Source: an uncultured virus (IMG/VR IMGVR_UViG_3300008050_000035) (Duplodnaviria; Heunggongvirae; Uroviricota; Caudoviricetes). From it: 64,000 nt of DNA. Under the pieces are notes generated by a model that saw only the letters and a program-made list of their open reading frames with translations, was not told where the DNA came from and searched no databases. Made by a program: the position numbers and the translations under genes. Positions 48,622-57,517 of this stretch are shown piece after piece; position 1 is the first letter of the stretch; each line of letters begins with the position of its first letter. Where the stretch lies: positions 1-64,000 of IMG/VR virus record IMGVR_UViG_3300008050_000035. One strand, given 5' to 3'.

Positions 48622-50013
48622 TCAGTTGACCTTGAGATTGATGATCGCGAGCTGATCTGCAACTTGTTCAGAAGTTGCAAGAGTAATTGCATCGCTATAA
48701 CCGGCAGTTGCAGAACCGGGCATCTGAGAAACTGCACTCATGCCAGTAAGCTGGAATGCGGTTTTGACTTGCGCCAACAGATCTTTTGGTTCCACATCGA
48801 CGTCAATAAGACGACCAATGCTGCGGGTGTTACTAGTACCAAGTGCATCCTGGCTAGATGCCATTGCAACAAAGTTGGAATGCTCATCATAGGAGAGGAA
48901 ACTGCCTGGGTTTGGTTCGCCATCTAAGAAGACGTAACGGTCAGAAGCTGCGCCACCGGAAGCTGCTACTGCGTAGTAGTAGTATGTGACAATAAAGTCA
49001 CCAGCGCCAGCCGATGCAGTTTCAAGAGCATCTTGGGTATCCCAAGCATCACCATGGATGAAAAGAGTACCAGTGCGAGTATCTACATAGAAATCACCAG
49101 CAGAACTAATGAGACCAATGCTAGACTTTTCGGTTTCTAGAATGCCACTGACATCACAGCTAATTACAGTGCGTGTAGTGTTTTTCGCGATAAAGTCGTT
49201 GTCAAGCTGAATTGCATAAACATCCTTACCGTTTACAGCACTTGCCCAACGAGTTACATCGTCGAGTGCAGTCTCATGCCATACTTGACCAGCTGTCGGC
49301 ATCAGACCATCATTTGCCTGTGCGGTCACAACAGTGATTGCACTAAGGTCAAAAGTAGTAGTGTCAGAGCCAAGAGTACGGTGCGGAACTTTCATCTGAA
49401 GTTCAGTAAGGAACTGAATGAGATGCTGCTTGCTGTAGTTAGTGAATACTTGGTCGCCATCTTCAGGACGACCAGACCATACGAATACATCGTATGCAGT
49501 AACACCCACTGCCTCAGAAATGAAGTACTCAATGACTTCACTGACGTCACCATCAGTTTGAGGATAGGTATTGCTGCTTGTAACCATGGCAGAAGCAGGC
49601 ACAAGTCCACGATCGCAAAGAGCGATGGCAATCTCAGAAGCTTCATAAGCTGCACCAGCGCTACTGGCAACTGGTGCACCAGTAACAAGGTCTGTAACAC
49701 CATAATCGTAATCGGTTGAAGTGTAAGTTAATACGTTCGTAGCAGAAGCAAAAGTATCAACAAGTGCAGCACGCAGACCAGCAGGAACAACCCTGTTCTG
49801 GCTATCAAGTGCAACAACTTTGCCAGAGCTGATGACAAAACCATCTTCGCCGGCATGCATATCAGTCTTAGTAAAAATAATAGGGAGCCAAGCCGCAGGC
49901 TTCCACTCACCATATGGTGCGCTGACATCTCGTTGAACAACATTGTTTGGCGTAATACTGCCAAACACGTCCTCTCTGGTACGGAACGAAGCGGAATGTC
50001 TATTGACAGTCAT
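48622..50013 (-). CDS. Head decoration / minor capsid protein
   Basis: 463 aa between scaffold and capsid. VISSGKVVALDSQNRVVPAG and AVGV resemble lambda gpD-like decoration proteins, here with a large insertion. Confidence 0.55.
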   Translation of the reverse strand: MTVNRHSASFRTREDVFGSITPNNVVQRDVSAPYGEWKPAAWLPIIFTKTDMHAGEDGFVISSGKVVALDSQNRVVPAGLRAALVDTFASATNVLTYTSTDYDYGVTDLVTGAPVASSAGAAYEASEIAIALCDRGLVPASAMVTSSNTYPQTDGDVSEVIEYFISEAVGVTAYDVFVWSGRPEDGDQVFTNYSKQHLIQFLTELQMKVPHRTLGSDTTTFDLSAITVVTAQANDGLMPTAGQVWHETALDDVTRWASAVNGKDVYAIQLDNDFIAKNTTRTVISCDVSGILETEKSSIGLISSAGDFYVDTRTGTLFIHGDAWDTQDALETASAGAGDFIVTYYYYAVAASGGAASDRYVFLDGEPNPGSFLSYDEHSNFVAMASSQDALGTSNTRSIGRLIDVDVEPKDLLAQVKTAFQLTGMSAVSQMPGSATAGYSDAITLATSEQVADQLAIINLKVN

Positions 50014-52073
50014 TATTCATTCTCCTGAATGTGTGGGGTAATATCGAAGGTTCTTGGAACGTGTCCTCGTGCAATCTTTCCATGAAGGAAGCGTATTGCA
50101 GCAAGTTCACCTTCTTCGTCTCGCAGTTTCTTGAAACAGGCGACAATCTTCTTTTCGTAGGCACCAAGCGTTTTGACAGAATCTGCAATAGATTGAGAAC
50201 TGCTTGCGCTCTCATCTTCCACAGGTTTGATATCTTCTATCGAAGGTGCTTTATTAGTATTATCTTGACCTATCTTTTCAGACGTGTCAAGTGCGGTTAG
50301 CTTTTCTTTTAGCGAATCTACTTCAGCTTGCAAATTACTTGCAACTTCAAGAGACTGTAAGTAATCAGCTTTGAGCGCAGTTAGCTCAGATTTAAGTTTA
50401 TCATTTTGCAAGTCTTCTGCAGACTGCTGACTGATACTAAAAATGTCAATGCGCTTAGCAAGTTCAGATTCAAATTCAGTTTTTTGATCTTCAGTAAGCC
50501 GTGCACGTTCTAAAACGTGACGTGCTGCCGTGAGATGATCTAAATCTGCAACCGGAAATGTTCGATCAGGACCAACAAATGCTTTTTCATCAAGTGCATC
50601 GGTTGCCTCAGAACTTAATGCCAAGTCGCCAAGTTCATGAGCAAAAGCTAATGTAAGCAAATACCAATCGAAATGTTGCAAACTGTCAGCTTCCTCAGAA
50701 TCGTCTTGAGTTCCTGGATCTGGGACATCTGCATCTTCAGCCTCTTCAACAACCTCTTCTTTATCACTTGTGAGTGCGGTTTTAAGAGCTGTCAAAGCAT
50801 CTGTATCTGAAAGCAAATGCTGAATAAGTTCTGCAGAAGTAAGTGCTTGAACTTTAGCATCTGGTTCCATGTTGTCTTGACTGCGCATGGCTTTGAATTC
50901 TTCAGAAGCCTCGCCTTTTTTGTCAAAACCATCTAGTGCACCGTTCACTATAGAGTCACGGAAACCTTTACTAGTAGAGAGATCGTGAAGATCTCCATGA
51001 AAAGCAAAAACAGCTTCTGGAATCTTACTGTCGTCACCATAGCGAATGCTCCAATCGTATTCACTATGAAGTGCATCATGAACGCGAATTAGCCAAGTAG
51101 TCTCAAAATGAGATTTAGCAGCAATCGCATCATTCTGCTCTGCGGTAAGGGTATTATTCCAAAGGCCGCGCGCAATATCGCGCGCATCCATTGACTTTAG
51201 AGATTCGATGGTTTTTTGCAGATCAATAGTCTGTGTTGCCATAAGGTCTCCTATATCTACACTGGCATCAGTGAATGTAACTTGTGATTTGCTATAACGT
51301 GCTGCGTCCTTAACAGGCGCAGCAAGCTCAACACAATCCCCAAACTCCATATTTGTTAACTGACTTAAATCATTTCCAGGCGTAGTTACAACAGAGGCTT
51401 CGCGTCCAGCGAAAACTCCAGTAAACATTACAACCGGTCGACCTTCGTCGTCAATAGAGCCGGGCAAATGGTCGCAAACATCGCCAGTAGCCCAATCGCT
51501 ACCGCAAAGTCCACAACAATATTTATCAGTATGAGATCCAGCGGAAAAAGTTAAATATCTACCATCCAAGAACTTCTCAATAGCATCATTGTCACTAATG
51601 CGAGCCTTGGCGACCAGTTTGCCCATGCCGGGCCAACGATCGTTAGTAAGGAGATTGCGTTTGTACATCTCCTTGTAAATCTTTTGCACATTCCCACTGT
51701 CGAGAGTGCGTTTAAACGCCATGAAGTCCTGAGTACTATCGAAAAACTTCATAGCTTCTTGGTCATTGCTGACCCATTCGACAGAAAAGATACGACCGAG
51801 GGGATCGCTGCTTGTGTCATGGTTGCGCAAAATGGGTTTTGGATAAGGGACAGTCCATGTAGGAAGCCCAGCCACTTGTCCCTTCATACTGTAAAGACGA
51901 TTATTAGTAAGACGATAAGAGCTACTGAGATCAAATGTAATGATCAGCCCCTTTTTCTTGCCGGTCTTAGTAGAGGTGGCAGCATCAAGCAGTTCTGTTT
52001 TTTGGACAGCAGACATATCTGTAATCTGCTGTCCAGGACGAATTTCATAAATGTCAGTAAGTTTTGTATGCAT
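50013..52073 (-). CDS. Prohead protease fused to scaffold
   Basis: Likely ATG at 52073 (TAATG overlap with the portal stop). PILRNHD (catalytic His), GRYLTFSAGS (catalytic Ser), CGLCG...CDH and EASVVTTPG, followed by an acidic coiled-coil C-terminus. Confidence 0.85.
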   Translation of the reverse strand: MHTKLTDIYEIRPGQQITDMSAVQKTELLDAATSTKTGKKKGLIITFDLSSSYRLTNNRLYSMKGQVAGLPTWTVPYPKPILRNHDTSSDPLGRIFSVEWVSNDQEAMKFFDSTQDFMAFKRTLDSGNVQKIYKEMYKRNLLTNDRWPGMGKLVAKARISDNDAIEKFLDGRYLTFSAGSHTDKYCCGLCGSDWATGDVCDHLPGSIDDEGRPVVMFTGVFAGREASVVTTPGNDLSQLTNMEFGDCVELAAPVKDAARYSKSQVTFTDASVDIGDLMATQTIDLQKTIESLKSMDARDIARGLWNNTLTAEQNDAIAAKSHFETTWLIRVHDALHSEYDWSIRYGDDSKIPEAVFAFHGDLHDLSTSKGFRDSIVNGALDGFDKKGEASEEFKAMRSQDNMEPDAKVQALTSAELIQHLLSDTDALTALKTALTSDKEEVVEEAEDADVPDPGTQDDSEEADSLQHFDWYLLTLAFAHELGDLALSSEATDALDEKAFVGPDRTFPVADLDHLTAARHVLERARLTEDQKTEFESELAKRIDIFSISQQSAEDLQNDKLKSELTALKADYLQSLEVASNLQAEVDSLKEKLTALDTSEKIGQDNTNKAPSIEDIKPVEDESASSSQSIADSVKTLGAYEKKIVACFKKLRDEEGELAAIRFLHGKIARGHVPRTFDITPHIQENE

Positions 52074-53833
52074 TATTTTCCTGTTAAGCGCCATGCCATC
52101 GTTTGGGCTAATGTTCCAAAATTAATTGCGTCATTGTTCAATTCGTCATAACGAGCCAAGACTTTGTCTTTCCATATCTGAACTGTAGCAGGGTCTACTT
52201 CAGAACCGCAAGCAATAGTATAGGCAACTCCATTCAAATCTTCAATTAAAACATCTCTGTTAGTTTTAGTAGCTGATCTTGTTCCATGCTGATTGCTTGG
52301 TCTGCTTTTACTAGCGCTCGCCTTGCTAGCGCTCTTGCTTTTCGACTTAGTGCTTGGCGCACCTTTTTGAACTTTAGAAGTTTCTTTAGCTTGCTTTTCT
52401 TGATATTGCTGTTCCTTGCGAACAGCCTCTGGAGAAACATTGCTTGCTGGATGACTTGCGAGAGTCTGCCCTGCAGCAGAACCAGGACTCATAGCCTTAA
52501 CTAAAGCTGTAGGCTCTTCAAACCTTTTGTAAAAAGTATCTTCGTAATCTGCTTCGGTAAATGGCCTGTCGCCCAAGGCATTGCGCGCCTCACCAAGAGT
52601 GCGCAAGTTGCCATGAAGCATTTGCAACTGTTGATTTTCATCAGCCCGACGCTCTTCCTTGTCGATAATGCCAAACTTAACATGAACCATCTGGTCTAGA
52701 TCAAGGGGGTTAAATCCACCTTCAAGAAGCAATTCAGTAACAACATGAAATTCAAGGAATTGCTTAACTGCGCAGGTCATAGCTTCAACATCCATCATCA
52801 TACCTTTAGACATGGTGCTAGCAGTGCTTCTATTGGCGCTGCCACCTTCTCCCATGTCTACAGCACTGGTACCCAGCGCAGCTAGTGCGCGATTCTTAAA
52901 GTGACCTACGTAAAAATCAATTCGAAGTGCACGACCTTCAGAGCCAACAGCAGTAATCTCATGCCTGTGGTCCGAAACATAAATACCACCTGCAGGCATG
53001 TATTCAATGGTTTGTTTCACGATGTCAGATTCTTTAACGCCATCAGGACCATAACGCTCTGGAAATGCGTCATTCCCAACCTTGTAGTGGAAAACAGGAA
53101 AGAGGTTTGCCTCAATTAAATCTTCAACATTCTCTTCAATGCGGCGCAACAATGCAATGTCATCAAGAGCGGGAAATAACTCTGGAGTACCAACAGTAAA
53201 GCCCGGTTTCTTGTTGTGATAAAAATGAACTACGTCGCGAGGTTGAAATTCCTTTTTGTTTCCATCTGGCATTTTCTGCATGACTTTCTTAAATTCACCA
53301 TTTGCCTTGGTTCTAAACTCTAAAGTTTCGAACGGGAGAATAAAGTATCCAGCAACAGGTTGAACTTCAGTGCCATTAGTATCAATTCTAATCTTGCCCA
53401 TACTGCGTTTAAGATCACGTTTCTTTACCCACATGCAGTTACTAAATCTAAAGAGATCGTGAAATGTATCCCAAATTAGTTGTTGATATGGTTTGCCGGT
53501 CGCAATACTTTGAAACAGCATACGCTGTTCAATATAGCGAACAGCGTCTTCGTTAGCTCCAACAAAACTCATGCCAGCACACATTACGCGATGAACTTTT
53601 TTCTGAATTGACCTAAACATATACGAGTCAGTGTCTTGAGCAATTTGAATTTCGTCAAAATCATACTCAGGCCTAAACCACTGGCCCCTATGTCGCTGAG
53701 AATATGAGTAGGTGCGATCAGTCACACGCTTAGGAGCAGGTGGAGTCATAGCTGCTTTCGCATCACTAATAGCTTTTGCATTAGGCTTCTTGTCAATGCG
53801 ACCAAGGAGCCCATCAATTAGTTGTGAGTACAT
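52073..53833 (-). CDS. Portal protein
   Basis: About 586 aa. DLFRFSNCMWVK, PRDVVHF...GTPEL.PALDDI, VKFG..D and TLGEARNALG, with a basic low-complexity tail; immediately upstream of the protease. Confidence 0.88.
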   Translation of the reverse strand: MYSQLIDGLLGRIDKKPNAKAISDAKAAMTPPAPKRVTDRTYSYSQRHRGQWFRPEYDFDEIQIAQDTDSYMFRSIQKKVHRVMCAGMSFVGANEDAVRYIEQRMLFQSIATGKPYQQLIWDTFHDLFRFSNCMWVKKRDLKRSMGKIRIDTNGTEVQPVAGYFILPFETLEFRTKANGEFKKVMQKMPDGNKKEFQPRDVVHFYHNKKPGFTVGTPELFPALDDIALLRRIEENVEDLIEANLFPVFHYKVGNDAFPERYGPDGVKESDIVKQTIEYMPAGGIYVSDHRHEITAVGSEGRALRIDFYVGHFKNRALAALGTSAVDMGEGGSANRSTASTMSKGMMMDVEAMTCAVKQFLEFHVVTELLLEGGFNPLDLDQMVHVKFGIIDKEERRADENQQLQMLHGNLRTLGEARNALGDRPFTEADYEDTFYKRFEEPTALVKAMSPGSAAGQTLASHPASNVSPEAVRKEQQYQEKQAKETSKVQKGAPSTKSKSKSASKASASKSRPSNQHGTRSATKTNRDVLIEDLNGVAYTIACGSEVDPATVQIWKDKVLARYDELNNDAINFGTLAQTMAWRLTGK

Positions 53834-55587
53834 CAAACATTCCCTGATCTTTTAAGATCTGTAATCCATTTTTTCATGAGTGTTGATTGTGCATTTGTTC
53901 GCCCGGTGGCGCAAGTGTTGATTTCAGCTACTACCTCAGGCCCACGAGTAAGAACGATCTTATCTCTGTCACTATCGTATTCACTTTTTGTGTCTGGCAC
54001 TAGTCCTTCTAAAATCTCTGGGTTATTTGCAAGATGCTCACACCAGTCTTCAACTGAGCCACCATACTGTGTGAAGAGCTTAATAATCATAATTACAAGA
54101 GTAATCATATCCTTGACGAATAAAATTAAACCCAAATTACTTAACGACAACCCTAAACTACCAGAAACCAACCCTTCTAAAGAACGCAAGGCAATGATAA
54201 TTTTTCGCACAAGATCCATAATATAATTCTTGGCTTCCAAAACAGAAAGTGCCATTTTTCTAAATGGATTTACCAAATGGAAGTTTGGCATCTTAAGTGC
54301 ATCCGGCAATTTAGTGTTTGATGTGATCTCGAAACCAGTAGGAAAGCTAAAGCTAGATTCTGCCGCCTGAGCTTCGCTGCCATCACGCTCTGATGTCGCG
54401 AGTGCTGGAATAGTCACACTGCCAATACCACTCTCCCCAACACCATCTACTTCAAGAGAAGTGACGCTTACGTCTTTAAATCTGCTGTTTGTATTGGTTT
54501 TGACATCAGTGAATCCTGGGAACCCTTCACCAGTTGCTACACTCTTGACTGCTTTTGCTCGATCGGCAGTGCGCGCACCTACAGCCGCAGCCATAGCGGC
54601 TGTCTTAGCAAGCTCGTCTTGCAGGTTGGCGATACTGATCAACGCAGCATACGCGCAGTCCAGCGGGGCAACAATGATACCGGCAATTTGTTGAAGTAAG
54701 GTTACAATTGCATCAAGAATCAACTTAAGTAGAGGCCCCAAAAGCACTGTCCAATCCAGCCTAATACTCAATTGAAAAGTTAAGTAGCTTTTAAGAAGCA
54801 TCTTCAAGGCCATCAATATGGCCATTAAATCAGGAATGCATAAGAAGTTGAGCCCATTCAAGAGATCGCACAAATTTTCCATAAGAGCATTGGGGTTAAA
54901 CCAATGCTCAAACTGATCCAAGGCTGCATTGATGTCACCCAAGAGTCCTGCTAGCGGACTGAGCAAATCAATTGGCTGTAATTGCCAGTCAAAGTTAATG
55001 CGCAAGTCACAGCCAAGACAGTCTTTCAGCCAATCGCCTATTTGAGCATTTCCAGGATCCCCATTAAGCAGTTCATTAAAGTCAGCATCGAACCCAACAC
55101 TCCCCTCAGTTCCAACTTTAAAACTAGGTTGCGAAATATCAGGAATCTCCCCCTGCTCTGTGTCAGGACGATCTGGACGATCTTCACCACTAGCAATCCA
55201 TGCGAGGTCATTGTGACTGTCACTCCATGATTCTTGCTCATCGCTAGAATCATCAGACAGACCACTACCCTCCAGTCGAAAACCAGGAGCTTCCCAACCG
55301 TCTGCGGTACCGCCCTGTCCGCTGGCACTACGTTGATTGCTCGCAGGAGCAGAAACACGCTTAGCGTTAGCTGTTCTACCCATAGTTAGTGCTTTGTCAG
55401 AACTGCTAAGGATTTGATCCATAGCATTTAATGGACTTTGTGCGGTCGCTAGTATTGCTTGACGATCTGTAGACCTGAGTGCAGCCTTTTCGAATTGATC
55501 AATAATGAGTGTTAGATGCTCATACAGATGGGGGTTGTCATAGTTAATGGGCGGCAGACCTGGTAAGCTAGGCATCGTCGTCATCAT
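53833..55587 (-). CDS. Hypothetical helical protein with long hydrophobic segments
   Basis: 584-aa ORF coupled to the portal gene (TGATG). The exact start is uncertain (55587, 55584 or 55575). Confidence 0.7.
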   Translation of the reverse strand: MMTTMPSLPGLPPINYDNPHLYEHLTLIIDQFEKAALRSTDRQAILATAQSPLNAMDQILSSSDKALTMGRTANAKRVSAPASNQRSASGQGGTADGWEAPGFRLEGSGLSDDSSDEQESWSDSHNDLAWIASGEDRPDRPDTEQGEIPDISQPSFKVGTEGSVGFDADFNELLNGDPGNAQIGDWLKDCLGCDLRINFDWQLQPIDLLSPLAGLLGDINAALDQFEHWFNPNALMENLCDLLNGLNFLCIPDLMAILMALKMLLKSYLTFQLSIRLDWTVLLGPLLKLILDAIVTLLQQIAGIIVAPLDCAYAALISIANLQDELAKTAAMAAAVGARTADRAKAVKSVATGEGFPGFTDVKTNTNSRFKDVSVTSLEVDGVGESGIGSVTIPALATSERDGSEAQAAESSFSFPTGFEITSNTKLPDALKMPNFHLVNPFRKMALSVLEAKNYIMDLVRKIIIALRSLEGLVSGSLGLSLSNLGLILFVKDMITLVIMIIKLFTQYGGSVEDWCEHLANNPEILEGLVPDTKSEYDSDRDKIVLTRGPEVVAEINTCATGRTNAQSTLMKKWITDLKRSGNV

Positions 55588-55879
55588 CCTCTTCTAATTT
55601 AATCAAGTCTTTATAAACCTTAGACCCATCTTTAGTTTGATCGGAAAAAGCTTTGTACTCTTTGGCTCGCTGTCGTGCTTCGCTATCGTCTTCAAGGTTG
55701 ATAGGATTGAAACCGTCAGGATCCACAAGATCCATAATTTGCTGAAGAATTGCAATAAAATCCTCTTTATGTACAAAGTCACGACCAATCTTAGCAAACA
55801 TTTTCAGATACTGTTGCTCTAGTTGAGCACCATCATCAGAAGAATCTTCTTCACGAGCAGCTCGAATTAAGAACCCCAT
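55568..55879 (-). CDS. Hypothetical acidic protein (103 aa)
   Basis: TAATG overlap with the upstream gene; in line with the operon. Confidence 0.7.
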   Translation of the reverse strand: MGFLIRAAREEDSSDDGAQLEQQYLKMFAKIGRDFVHKEDFIAILQQIMDLVDPDGFNPINLEDDSEARQRAKEYKAFSDQTKDGSKVYKDLIKLEEDDDDDA

Positions 55880-56379
55880 TAATCATCTCCCCAATTCCCA
55901 TTCGTGTAGTCGCTGGCTTCTTGGTCTTCGATTTGACGCTTAGCTTCCAAGCAGGTCTTGTACATAGAGTATGTTAGTGCGCTTGGCTTAATGCCGAACA
56001 CAGCTTTGACTGCTCTTCGTAAAGCTTGTTTTTTTCTCAGGTCTACCTTAAATGCAATCTCAGCCTGCCCATCTGGGGCAGCCTGCTTGTCTATCCTGGC
56101 TCTAACAGATGCAATCCTGCTGCGTGTAGCAGCAATAGCATCTCTGGTTTCGTCAACTTTCTGTTCTATAACAGCTGCTTCTTCTGCTGTGATAGGTTTT
56201 GGCGCATCAGATTGAAAGAGTCTCTCCTCTACTTCTTTAATGCGCTCTTCAACAATTTTCAAATCATCTTCATCAAGCTTAAGTGCCTCGGCAACTTTGA
56301 GATCCTCGGGGGCGTAATCGGGACGATAGAGTGATTGTAAAATAGGCTCTAATTCCTTTGGAAGTCTCTTGCTCATCAA
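55879..56379 (-). CDS. Hypothetical coiled-coil protein (166 aa)
   Basis: Heptad-like charged helices; overlaps both neighbours. Confidence 0.7.
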   Translation of the reverse strand: MMSKRLPKELEPILQSLYRPDYAPEDLKVAEALKLDEDDLKIVEERIKEVEERLFQSDAPKPITAEEAAVIEQKVDETRDAIAATRSRIASVRARIDKQAAPDGQAEIAFKVDLRKKQALRRAVKAVFGIKPSALTYSMYKTCLEAKRQIEDQEASDYTNGNWGDD

Positions 56380-56840
56380 GCACCAACTTTCTTTTCATAA
56401 AAACTAAGACGTACACGTTGGTTTTCACGTAACTGAGCTGCCTGACCTCCAGGACAATACACTCGCATCCAGATAGGGTGAAATGTATAAGTGTCTGCAG
56501 CCAGGGTGCTTCCGATATCAGGAAGTACTAAAGGCTCTCCAGATCTAATCTCATCCCATTCTGCTTCAGTGGGTCTGCGCTCACCATAAAGATACTTGAT
56601 GCCCCAGCCAGTATCACCGAATTCACCTGAATCATTGTAGATATCCTGCTCATAGGAAAGCGTAAGATCAGTATAGTATGTGCTTGGATTGTCATTGCGC
56701 AGGTACACAAGTTGCTCATGAGCACCACCTAAACGCCCATCGGAAAAGGTCCTATGTGGACCTTGCCTGTTGGCCTCAGTGCCAACAATTGCTAAAGAGG
56801 CATAGGCCTCCTTATCGTCGTTAAAAAATCGCAATGCCAT
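56376..56840 (-). CDS. Small beta-sandwich virion protein (154 aa)
   Basis: GAGGT ribosome-binding site; QLVYLRND...PIWMRVYCPGG strand pattern. Confidence 0.6.
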   Translation of the reverse strand: MALRFFNDDKEAYASLAIVGTEANRQGPHRTFSDGRLGGAHEQLVYLRNDNPSTYYTDLTLSYEQDIYNDSGEFGDTGWGIKYLYGERRPTEAEWDEIRSGEPLVLPDIGSTLAADTYTFHPIWMRVYCPGGQAAQLRENQRVRLSFYEKKVGA

Positions 56841-56842
56841 AC

Positions 56843-57517
56843 TTACCTCGAAAAACTGTTGCCGCGACGGCTATTGAATCCACGCTTGTGCGAGCGTCCA
56901 TTACTTGCAAACATGGCACCGAAGCCAGCACCACCAAGCATTGCTCCGCTACGAAACATGTTGTGACGACCTTCAGTGCTGTGAAAGCCCCTAAGCCCCT
57001 TATGAACAACACCCTTGTGCTTGTTCCAAGCTCGACTCATTGGGCCCCATTGGGCGTTAGCCCCGATCTTGCTATCAATACCAGCATAAACGCTATTGCT
57101 TATGTTCGCACCCTTCCTGCTAAAAGACCTGAAAGCCTTGCCAGCCACCATGCCTCCACCTGCACCCAAAGCAGCACCTTTGAGACGCTGACCTGGGTCA
57201 GCAGTCATGGCGCCAAGCATGCCACCGACAGCAGCGGCAGAACCATACCCCGCACTCCAAGAGGCAGCAGGGTTGACTCCAGATGTTATGCTTGGGGTTG
57301 CAGGCGCACGAGCACTCAACCCCCTAGGTGCTACTGCACTGATCCCTCGTGGAGTTCCAGTAACTCTTGGACGAGAGGGTGCACGAGCCGCTCTTCCGGG
57401 AACTGCTCTCATTCCGTAATCAGGAACACCTGTCCCTCTGGCAGCTTGAGCGCCTCTCATGCCGCGCATGACGCGACCTTCTTTAAGTGCAGCTTTTAAC
57501 ATTGGGTTAATTGCCAT
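56843..57517 (-). CDS. Very basic Gly/Ala/Arg-rich protein with glycine-zipper-like segments (possible internal or ejected protein)
   Basis: 224 aa, TAATG-coupled to terminase. Segments AAAVGGMLGAM, GAALGAGGGMVAG and GAMLGGAGFGAMF; very few acidic residues. Confidence 0.6.
   Translation of the reverse strand: MAINPMLKAALKEGRVMRGMRGAQAARGTGVPDYGMRAVPGRAARAPSRPRVTGTPRGISAVAPRGLSARAPATPSITSGVNPAASWSAGYGSAAAVGGMLGAMTADPGQRLKGAALGAGGGMVAGKAFRSFSRKGANISNSVYAGIDSKIGANAQWGPMSRAWNKHKGVVHKGLRGFHSTEGRHNMFRSGAMLGGAGFGAMFASNGRSHKRGFNSRRGNSFSR

Noticed and set aside
52300..52360. Short repeats (ctagcgctc twice) in the portal 3' end
   Set aside because: They are explained by the low-complexity K/S/A tail of the portal protein; not an array.
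56834..57499. 221-aa plus-strand ORF
   Set aside because: It is the antisense shadow of the GC-rich, low-complexity 224-aa gene that is coupled to terL.
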